Positions 54,073 to 64,000 of a stretch of DNA of 64,000 nt are shown here, in pieces. Within the stretch, counting starts at the first letter, position 1. Each line of letters starts with the position of its first letter. The DNA is taken from the NCBI GenBank assembly GCA_905235475.1, contig CAJOLU010000001.1, positions 38,917 through 102,916 of the forward strand. The letters run 5' to 3'. Both the position numbers and the translations under genes were made by a program. Under the pieces are notes generated by a model that saw nothing but the letters and a program-made list of their open reading frames with translations, had not been told where the DNA came from and ran no database searches. Source of the stretch: an uncultured Clostridia bacterium. Its GTDB lineage: Bacteria > Bacillota > Clostridia > Christensenellales > UBA1242.

Positions 54073-56148
54073 ATGGCAAGAGAATATTCTCTAGATAAGA
54101 TAAGAAACATCGGAATTATGGCGCACATTGATGCTGGAAAAACAACAACAACCGAGCGTATTCTTTATTATACTGGAAAAACTCACAAAATTGGTGAAGT
54201 GCACGAGGGTGCTGCCACAATGGACTGGATGGTTCAAGAACAAGAAAGAGGAATCACCATCACATCAGCTGCAACCACAACAAAATGGAGAGATTGTCAG
54301 ATTAACATTATCGACACCCCAGGACACGTTGACTTCACAATCGAAGTTGAAAGAAGTTTAAAAGTTTTGGATGGTGCTGTTGCTGTTTTCTGTGCTAGAG
54401 GTGGAGTTCAACCTCAAAGTGAAACAGTTTGGCGTCAGGCAAACAAATATGGTGTTCCAAGAATTGCCTATGTTAACAAAATGGACAGAGATGGAGCCGA
54501 CTTCTTTAGAGTTGTTCAAATGATGAAAGATCGTTTGCACGCAAACGCTGTTCCAATTCAAATTCCAATCGGAGCGGCAAACACTTTTGAGGGTATTGTG
54601 GACTTAATTGAAATGAAAGCAATTATCTACAAAGATGACCTTGGAAAGGAAATGGAAGTAATAGAAATTCCAGCAAATCTAAAGGCAGATGCAGAAAAAT
54701 GGCGTGCAGCCATGATTGAAGCTGTTGCTGAAACTGATGATGCACTTTTGGAAAAATATTTTGCTGGTGAGGAATTCACTGAGGAAGAAATCAAACGCGG
54801 ACTTAGAAAAGGAACAATTGAACTTAAACTTAACCCAGTTGTTTGTGGTTCAAGTTACAAAAACAAGGGTGTTCAAAAACTTTTGGATGCAATTGTTGAC
54901 TATATGCCAAGTCCAATTGATATTCCTGCAATTAAAGGAGAACTTCCAAACGGACAAGAAGCAGAAAGAAAGGCAAGTGATGACGAACCATTCTCAGCTC
55001 TTGCATTTAAGGTTGTAACAGACCCATATGGAAAATTAACATATTTCCGTGTTTATAGTGGACACCTAGAAAGTGGAAGCTATGTTTACAACTCAACAAA
55101 GGGTAAGAAAGAAAGAATTGCGAGATTAATAAGGATGCACAGTAATGAGCGTCAAGAAATAAATGAAGTTAGAACAGGTGATATCGCCGCTATTGTTGGA
55201 CTTAAAGACACAACAACTGGTGACACACTTTGTGATGAAAAAGCTCCAATTGTTTTGGAAAGCATCAATTTCCCTGACCCTGTTATTAAAATTGCTATAG
55301 AGCCTAAGAACAAGCAGGCTCAAGAAAAGATGGTTGCTGCCCTCATCAGATTCGTTGAGGAAGATCCATCATTTAAAACCTACACTGACCAAGAAACTGG
55401 TCAGACTATCATTGCCGGTATGGGTGAACTTCACCTTGATATATATCGTGACCGCCTTGTGCGTGAATTTGGAGTGGATGTTAATGTGGGCAAGCCACAG
55501 GTTGCTTACAAAGAAACAATTCGCTCAAAAACACGCCAAGAAGGCAAGTACATCAAACAATCTGGTGGAAAAGGTCAATACGGACACTGTATTATTGAGA
55601 TGGAGCCACTTGAGCCGGGTAAAGGATACGAGTTTGTTGACAAAATCGTTGGTGGAGCAATTCCTAAAGAATATATAGCTCCTATTAATGATGGAATTAA
55701 CGAAGCTCGACAGAACGGAGTTGTTGCCGGATATGAAATGGTGGACTTCAGAGTAACTTTGGTCGATGGTTCATACCATGAAGTGGACTCTAGTGAAATG
55801 GCATTTAAAATCGCAGGAAGTATGGCTTTCAAGGAAGCCGCAAAAAATGCGAACCCAGTTTTACTAGAACCAATGATGAAAGTTCAAGTTGAAGTTCCTG
55901 AAGAGTATCTTGGAGATGTTATGGGTGACATAAACCGTCGCCGTGGACAACTTCGTGATATGGAGCTTAAAAACGGTCAACAGACAATTAATGCCGTTGT
56001 ACCTCTTGCCGAGATGTTTGGTTACGCAACAGACTTGCGTAGCTTAACACAAGGTCGAGGCATCTTCATTATGGAGCTTTCGCACTATGATGAAGTTCCA
56101 AAATTTATTGCTGACAAAATTGTTGGGCAACGCACTAAGGCCGAGTAA
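54073..56148 (+). CDS. fusA: Elongation factor G
   Basis: [17 protein letters not shown] and NKMD GTPase motifs; 691 aa. Confidence 0.95.
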   Translation: MAREYSLDKIRNIGIMAHIDAGKTTTTERILYYTGKTHKIGEVHEGAATMDWMVQEQERGITITSAATTTKWRDCQINIIDTPGHVDFTIEVERSLKVLDGAVAVFCARGGVQPQSETVWRQANKYGVPRIAYVNKMDRDGADFFRVVQMMKDRLHANAVPIQIPIGAANTFEGIVDLIEMKAIIYKDDLGKEMEVIEIPANLKADAEKWRAAMIEAVAETDDALLEKYFAGEEFTEEEIKRGLRKGTIELKLNPVVCGSSYKNKGVQKLLDAIVDYMPSPIDIPAIKGELPNGQEAERKASDDEPFSALAFKVVTDPYGKLTYFRVYSGHLESGSYVYNSTKGKKERIARLIRMHSNERQEINEVRTGDIAAIVGLKDTTTGDTLCDEKAPIVLESINFPDPVIKIAIEPKNKQAQEKMVAALIRFVEEDPSFKTYTDQETGQTIIAGMGELHLDIYRDRLVREFGVDVNVGKPQVAYKETIRSKTRQEGKYIKQSGGKGQYGHCIIEMEPLEPGKGYEFVDKIVGGAIPKEYIAPINDGINEARQNGVVAGYEMVDFRVTLVDGSYHEVDSSEMAFKIAGSMAFKEAAKNANPVLLEPMMKVQVEVPEEYLGDVMGDINRRRGQLRDMELKNGQQTINAVVPLAEMFGYATDLRSLTQGRGIFIMELSHYDEVPKFIADKIVGQRTKAE

Positions 56149-56185
56149 TTGGCAAAAAAATTAAAATAAGGAGATTAGAAGAATT

Positions 56186-57397
56186 ATGGCAAAAGCTAAA
56201 TTCGAAAGAACTAAACCACATTTTAACCTTGGTACAATCGGACACGTTGACCACGGTAAAACAACATTGACAGCTGCTATTACCTCAACACTAGCTGTGA
56301 AAGGTTTAGCTGAAGCAAGAGACTATGCTTCAATTGACAACACAAAAGAGGAAAGAGAAAGAGGAATTACAATCAACACAAGTCACGTTGAGTATGAAAC
56401 TGCAAAGCGTCACTACGCACACGTTGACTGTCCAGGACACGCAGACTACGTAAAGAACATGATTACTGGTGCTGCTCAAATGGACGGAGCAATCTTGGTT
56501 GTTGCTGCAACCGATGGTGTTATGCCACAAACCCGTGAGCACATTTTGCTTGCTCGTCAAGTTGGTGTTCCATCAATCGTTGTATTCGTAAACAAGGTTG
56601 ACCAACTTCCACCTGCTGACAAAGATGAACTTCTTGAGTTAGTAGAAATGGAACTTCGTGACCTTCTTTCAGAATATGGATTCGATGGAGATAACACTCC
56701 AATCATCTTTGGTTCAGCTGTTAAAGCATTAGAAGCTGCAACAAAAGGTGATGTTGATGGGGAAGACAGTAAGTGCATCTTTGAACTTATGGATGCTATT
56801 GACAACTACTTCAAAGACCCTATTCGTGCAACAGATAAACCATTCTTGATGCCTGTTGAAGACGTTTTCACAATCACTGGTCGTGGAACAGTTGCAACTG
56901 GTAGAGTAGAACGTGGTGTTGTTAAGAATGGAGACACAGTTGAAATCGTTGGAATGGGTCCAACAAAGACCACAGTTATCACTGGAGTTGAAATGTTTAG
57001 AAAACTTCTAGACAAAGCAGAAGCTGGAGATAACATTGGTGTTCTTCTTCGTGGAATTGAAAGAAAGGACATTCAAAGAGGACAAGTTATTTGTGCTCCT
57101 AAATCAATCACACCTCACACCCAATTCACTGCAAGCGTATATGTATTGAAGAAGGAAGAAGGTGGAAGATCAACTCCTTTCGTTTCAGGATACCGTCCAC
57201 AATTCTACTTTAGAACAACAGATGTTACAGGAACAATTTCACTCCCTGCAGGTGTTGAAATCGTTATGCCTGGTGACAACGTTGAAATGAATGTAGAACT
57301 TATCACACCAATCGCTATTGAAGAAGGACTTCGTTTTGCCATCCGTGAAGGTGGAAGAACAGTTGGTTCTGGTGTTGTTTCAAAAATTGTTAAATAA
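56186..57397 (+). CDS. tuf: Elongation factor Tu
   Basis: [17 protein letters not shown] and NKVD motifs; 403 aa. Confidence 0.95.
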   Translation: MAKAKFERTKPHFNLGTIGHVDHGKTTLTAAITSTLAVKGLAEARDYASIDNTKEERERGITINTSHVEYETAKRHYAHVDCPGHADYVKNMITGAAQMDGAILVVAATDGVMPQTREHILLARQVGVPSIVVFVNKVDQLPPADKDELLELVEMELRDLLSEYGFDGDNTPIIFGSAVKALEAATKGDVDGEDSKCIFELMDAIDNYFKDPIRATDKPFLMPVEDVFTITGRGTVATGRVERGVVKNGDTVEIVGMGPTKTTVITGVEMFRKLLDKAEAGDNIGVLLRGIERKDIQRGQVICAPKSITPHTQFTASVYVLKKEEGGRSTPFVSGYRPQFYFRTTDVTGTISLPAGVEIVMPGDNVEMNVELITPIAIEEGLRFAIREGGRTVGSGVVSKIVK

Positions 57398-57423
57398 TTT
57401 AGAAACATGGTTTTTGAGTAAAA

Positions 57424-57450
57424 ATCTCACAATTTTTGTGGGGTTTTTAT
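57424..57450 (+). terminator. Rho-independent terminator after tuf
   Basis: CTCACAA / TTGTGGG stem followed by a T-run. Confidence 0.55.
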
Positions 57451-57496
57451 TTTTTGAAAAATATTGCTTATTTTATTTTTTAATTTTCAAAATTTA

Positions 57497-57505
57497 TGTT
57501 ATACT
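57497..57505 (+). promoter_or_regulatory. Extended -10 element placed for a leaderless transcript of the lipoprotein gene
   Basis: TGtTATACT ends 6 nt before the ATG at 57512, with no SD. Confidence 0.4.
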
Positions 57506-57511
57506 AAAAAT

Positions 57512-59986
57512 ATGGAAAAAAGTGTATTTAAGAAAAGCCTATTAAATATTTTAGGTCTATGTGCGGTGGCACTATGTTCAATGTTGTTATTTTCAGCGTG
57601 TATTTTCACGCTAGACACCCCAAAAGTAACACTTAAAGGGGGAGTGTTGAGTTGGGAAGAAGTTGCTTCGGCAAGTGGTTATAATTTGTCTATTGAAAAG
57701 GAAGGCGAAGAGGCAAGGATTATTCCAATAAAAGGGACTTCCGTCAATATTTCAGGTTATATTGATGTTGGAAAATATAAAATTAAGGTTCAAGCCACAA
57801 CAAACTCAATTATTAGAAACAATTCTGAATATTCAACAGCAAAAACAATTGTGTCTGATGGAAATATTGGGGCGCCAGATAACTTTAAATTAAACATAAA
57901 ATCTAATCAAGTTGTTGTTAGTTTCCAAAACACTTTGTTTGCAGATAGTTACACAATAAAAATTGTGGACCCAGGAGATGTTGAATTAGACCCAGTTATT
58001 GTTGCAAGTGATGCTTTGGTGGAAACCTATAATATAGACATAACAAAATATTTAAATGATGCTGGAGATTATAAGATTTCTGTTAGAGCAAATAAAGTAA
58101 ATGATGACGAAAGCATTTCAAGTTCAGCATACACAGATGAAAAGACATACACAAAAACAATAGCTCTTTTTGCTCCAAGTGTTGAAAGAGAAATTGATGG
58201 AGATGGGGTCTATGCAGAAACAATAGAAAGTGAAACAATCAGGTATAATGATAATATTCACTATGTTGGCGACAATTTAGTTATAACTCTTAGTGAAGTT
58301 GGAAATGCAAGCAAGTATATTGTTAGTTTGTATGGTTCAGACCAAGTTTTTGAAAGTAACAGCAATGTTGTAACTATTCCTAAATCTAGTTTGCCAAAAA
58401 TCACAACAGGTGAAACTGATAAAACTGCAATACAAATTATTCACGCACAAGTTAAATCAAATAGTTTATATTATAATTCATCTGAATATTCTGACGGATA
58501 CATTTTCTTTGGCGTTGATGTTAACAAAGAGAATTTGGGAGAACTAAAAATTAGTAACCCATATTCAAATTTTGTTGGAGATGAAGAGTTTGACTTTTGT
58601 GTGGATAGCCAAAGCGAACTAAACACATTGGCTTATTTCACAATCGCAAACAGAATTTCAAAAGTGCAATTTTATCAATCTTATTACACTCAAGGAGATT
58701 GGGAGCATCCAACAACTTTGTTTATGTATCAAGACTATATGTCTATTGCCACAGAATCATATTATGAAACTAAAAATGTAAGTTCTTCAACATCAGAAGA
58801 TTCAACTGGAAGGCTTGTGTTATATGTTGACAACAGAGTAACAGGTGCTCCAACAGAAACTGCAACAGTTGGCAAAAATGGTTATAACTTAAACAAAACT
58901 CAAATTGAATTTAATGAAATGTTAAATTATTCTAATTTGCCAGCAGATGACGCAAACCGTTACACAACTAATGAAGATGAAATAACAAACGAAACAAAAC
59001 TTCCGTTGCCAATCTTAAAGCAATTAGATGATAACAAAACAGTCAATGTTTACACAAGTGACCAATTATATTTGGCAGTTCAAGCAGGGTATTACCCAAT
59101 ATTTGTGGGAGAAAGCCAAGCAAAGGAAATTTGGAATAAAGCCATTGATGTTTTGGTTGGAACAGAAAGCACTTTGGGTATTATTGATGGAACAATGACT
59201 GATGTTCAAAAAGCACTAGCAATTTTTGATTGGGTGTGCTATAACAACAACTATGACTATAATTTATCATCTCGTTCTAATGAGGATTTGGTTCAAAGAT
59301 TTAGGGGCTTCTATCTTGAAGGAATCTTCCTAGATGATGGTCAGGCTGTTTGTGATGGAATTGCAAAAGCATACACACTTCTTTGCAATATGGCGGGAGT
59401 TAATTGCTATAAAGTCAGTGGTGAAGGCATAACAGGCAGTGGAACAGAAGGGCATGCTTGGAACAAGGTTGGAATATATAATGAAGAAACAGAACAATAC
59501 AACTATTATATGGTTGATTGCACTTGGAATGATATTTCACTAACACTTCAAGATAACACAGAATTAGGCTACTTCTTAACACATAAAAACTTTTTAACAA
59601 AAGATGATGGCAGACACATAGAGAAAAATCCAACAAAACTAAACTCACAAAGGGTTTTGAATGATGCTTCATATGATTATTTTGCAAATAAAACAATCAC
59701 ACTTAACGACACAACATATAGTATGTTAATTAAAAATAACACATTCACCGGTGATGCTGGAACATATATGGCCAAACTAAAAACAGATCTTAATGCAGAA
59801 TATGCAAAAAATGGTGGAACAGGTCTAAATTATTTGGAAATAAAAATATTAAATGAATTTTCTGGGAACTTTGAATCTGCTCTTGGTGGTGATTGGTATA
59901 TATTTAGTGCTCCAGTTAGTCAAGAAAACAAAAAAACAAATTATGTTACAACAGGCTACACAACATATTTAGTTTTGCATAAATAA
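57512..59986 (+). CDS. Large lipoprotein with Ig/Fn3-like repeats and a C-terminal transglutaminase-like cysteine protease core
   Basis: Signal peptide with a lipobox (MLLFSAC). Transglutaminase-like triad context: QAVCDGIAKAY ... GHAWNKV ... VDCTWND. Confidence 0.65.
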   Translation: MEKSVFKKSLLNILGLCAVALCSMLLFSACIFTLDTPKVTLKGGVLSWEEVASASGYNLSIEKEGEEARIIPIKGTSVNISGYIDVGKYKIKVQATTNSIIRNNSEYSTAKTIVSDGNIGAPDNFKLNIKSNQVVVSFQNTLFADSYTIKIVDPGDVELDPVIVASDALVETYNIDITKYLNDAGDYKISVRANKVNDDESISSSAYTDEKTYTKTIALFAPSVEREIDGDGVYAETIESETIRYNDNIHYVGDNLVITLSEVGNASKYIVSLYGSDQVFESNSNVVTIPKSSLPKITTGETDKTAIQIIHAQVKSNSLYYNSSEYSDGYIFFGVDVNKENLGELKISNPYSNFVGDEEFDFCVDSQSELNTLAYFTIANRISKVQFYQSYYTQGDWEHPTTLFMYQDYMSIATESYYETKNVSSSTSEDSTGRLVLYVDNRVTGAPTETATVGKNGYNLNKTQIEFNEMLNYSNLPADDANRYTTNEDEITNETKLPLPILKQLDDNKTVNVYTSDQLYLAVQAGYYPIFVGESQAKEIWNKAIDVLVGTESTLGIIDGTMTDVQKALAIFDWVCYNNNYDYNLSSRSNEDLVQRFRGFYLEGIFLDDGQAVCDGIAKAYTLLCNMAGVNCYKVSGEGITGSGTEGHAWNKVGIYNEETEQYNYYMVDCTWNDISLTLQDNTELGYFLTHKNFLTKDDGRHIEKNPTKLNSQRVLNDASYDYFANKTITLNDTTYSMLIKNNTFTGDAGTYMAKLKTDLNAEYAKNGGTGLNYLEIKILNEFSGNFESALGGDWYIFSAPVSQENKKTNYVTTGYTTYLVLHK

Positions 59987-59988
59987 TA

Positions 59989-60018
59989 AAAAAGATAGCA
60001 AAGGGCTATCTTTTTTTA
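59989..60018 (+). terminator. Rho-independent terminator
   Basis: AGATAGC / GCTATCT stem followed by a T7 run. Confidence 0.65.
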
Positions 60019-60207
60019 TTTGACATTATAAAAAATGAGCAAAAATTTGTGTTTGGAAAACTTAATTTTCTATTATATATATAATAAAGAATATAAAAAA
60101 GGGTAAAAAATACCTCAAAAAAGTGTGACACACACGGCAGAGTGTCGTAAAATAGGGCTTTTTTGGGTATTTTTTGTTAAATTTTTTAAATTTTTTTTAA
60201 AAACTTG

Positions 60208-60236
60208 TTGACTTGATATATATATTTCTGTATAAT
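60208..60236 (+). promoter_or_regulatory. rRNA promoter with an upstream A/T-rich UP-like element
   Basis: TTGACT, 17 nt, TATAAT, preceded by ~35 nt of A/T tracts (60170-60207). About 285 nt upstream of the 23S 5' end. Confidence 0.65.
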
Positions 60237-60519
60237 GACACTGTATCCTCTAGTTATGGGATACCACAACCGTTGGTTGTGAGTAGAACATTGACAACTG
60301 CATAGTATATTAAGAAACTGATGAAATCTTATATACAAATATTCTATAATAAATGATAGTGTAATATGCAATTTCACAAAGATTACAATTTATGCTAAGT
60401 TTTATTAACAATAAACTTTTAAATTTAACATGCTAATTAATTCAATCAAATTTATTTGAGTGAATTATTCAGTAAGCAAAAATATATGTAAACATACATA
60501 TAGCCAAATCGACGTATAC

Positions 60520-63435
<2,916 letters not shown>

Positions 63436-63571
63436 AAATAGAGCATAAACAAGTTTATAGGCTCTAGCGTCAAGTTAATGTAATAAAAGTTTAAAAAAGT
63501 ATTGACAGATTTCATTTTGTTTGATATATTTACTATGCAGTTGTGAGTGTGTTTACGCGCACTGTACCATT

Positions 63572-63687
63572 TCTGGTGATTATAGCGAAGAGGTCCACCT
63601 GTTCTCATTCCGAACACAGAAGTTAAGCTCTTCAGCGCCGAAGATACTTGCGGGGCAGCCCGCTGGGAGAATAGGTCGTTGCCAGAT
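63572..63687 (+). rRNA. rrf: 5S ribosomal RNA
   Basis: TCTGGTGATTATAGCGAAGAGGTCCACCTGTTCTCATTCCGAACACAGAAGTTAAGC...GGGAGAATAGGTCGTTGCCAGA. Confidence 0.9.
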
Positions 63688-63695
63688 TCCATTGA

Positions 63696-63726
63696 AAAAG
63701 CCCAACTCTTACGAGGGGCTTTTTCT
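63696..63726 (+). terminator. Rho-independent terminator after the 5S rRNA
   Basis: AAAAAGCCC...GAGGGGCTTTTT hairpin followed by a T-run. Confidence 0.55.
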
Positions 63727-63845
63727 TCATTTATACCATAAATTATATATATTATGTGCCACTAATTTAGCACTATGTGCCAAATTATGAGATATTGACA
63801 TTTCCTGTTTTGTGTGTTATAATGCAAAATAAAAGGAGAAAATGC

Positions 63846-64000
63846 ATGATCAATAAACAAAGAGTATTATCAAATGATTTTCATGTTTTGGTATATATCT
63901 ACGAGCAAACTGAGATATATAAAAACAATGTTTACTTTAAAAAAATTATTGAAGAAACAGGAATGGAGCAAAATGTTGTTAGCAAATCAATAGATAGGCT
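63846..64000 (+). CDS. Hypothetical protein, 5' part only (possibly a winged-helix regulator)
   Basis: AAGGAGAA RBS; my translation reads MINKQRVLSNDFHVLVYIYEQTEIYKNNVYFKKIIEETGMEQNVVSKSIDR..., running open to the window end. Confidence 0.35.
   Translation, partial: MINKQRVLSNDFHVLVYIYEQTEIYKNNVYFKKIIEETGMEQNVVSKSIDR

Noticed and set aside
15584-56805. Long antisense or off-frame ORFs within well-supported genes (for example 15584-15991, 19029-19424, 23364-23774, 31663-32250, 33903-34322, 37503-37961, 38571-39326, 53645-54094, 56557-57072).
   Set aside because: Each is fully nested in, or antisense to, a conserved protein-coding gene, has low-complexity composition, and has no RBS. They are treated as shadow ORFs.
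7760-57511. Longer 5' extensions offered by the ORF track for several genes (7760, 8501, 5472, 11162, 14942, 21954, 26519, 29318, 45334, 48277, 48666, 53539, 57464).
   Set aside because: The extensions run through terminator hairpins or promoter elements, or they lack an RBS. In each case an internal ATG sits behind a good SD or matches the conserved family N-terminus.
59987-60100. 23-codon ORF (ATGAGCAAAAATTTG..., MSKNLCLENLIFYYIYNKEYKKG) between the lipoprotein terminator and the rRNA promoter.
   Set aside because: No SD, an extremely AT-rich sequence, and a position within the rRNA upstream region; likely noise.
60097-60177. A/T-rich inverted repeat (TAAAAAATACCTCAAAAAAG ... TTTTTTGGGTATTTTTT) with an inner GACAC/GTGTC hairpin upstream of the rRNA promoter.
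   Set aside because: Pairing is almost entirely A-T with mismatches, so the structure is low-stability in an AT-rich genome. It may just be part of the UP-like region; the evidence for a discrete element is insufficient.
63502-63530. TTGACA-17-TATATT promoter-like sequence between the 23S and 5S, as an internal 5S promoter.
   Set aside because: It is embedded in the 3' arm of the 23S processing helix, which is complementary to the leader at 60294-60328. The match may therefore follow from helix sequence constraints. It cannot be decided without TSS data.

Overview
AT-rich (roughly one-third G+C by eye) chromosomal segment from a low-GC Gram-positive (Bacillota), Clostridia-like endospore former. 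It is mostly core genome, and almost every gene is on the + strand; the exceptions are lepB/ppa at the left edge, a gerA-type operon, and one tiny unannotated ORF. Left to right: partial signal peptidase I and ppa; two orphan membrane/secreted proteins; rpsF-ssb-rpsR; trxB, glmM; two tandem HU genes; dusB; a Na/Pi transporter; pgk-tpiA-gpmI; secG-rnr-smpB-ssrA (tmRNA); patatin, a ComEC-like MBL protein, a degenerate shikimate-kinase-like protein, tkt. Next comes a sporulation/germination block: veg, SipL-like, spoIIR, sleB, ypeB, a Rho-like pseudo-ATPase, and gerA-type ABC on the - strand. It continues with glnS, a short alaS, cwlD, mrnC-rlmB-sigH-dnaX-ybaB-recR, cca, and rmuC. A small accessory patch follows: a Cys-rich 49-aa ORF divergent from a membrane protein/HicB-like/unknown cassette. 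The window ends with VanW, a nucleoside phosphorylase, an ~810-bp non-coding gap holding a DnaA-box cluster, the str operon (rpsL-rpsG-fusA-tuf), a transglutaminase-like lipoprotein, and a 23S-5S rRNA operon with its own promoter and no 16S upstream. I found no CRISPR array, transposase, integrase or prophage. The items most worth a second look are the DnaA-box cluster, the unlinked 23S-5S operon, the catalytically dead Rho paralog inside the germination block, the Cys-rich micro-ORF with its divergent cassette, recurrent leaderless-type promoter/ATG spacing, and an A-AAA-AAA slippery site in dnaX. All functional calls rest on by-eye motif and family recognition; no database search was run.
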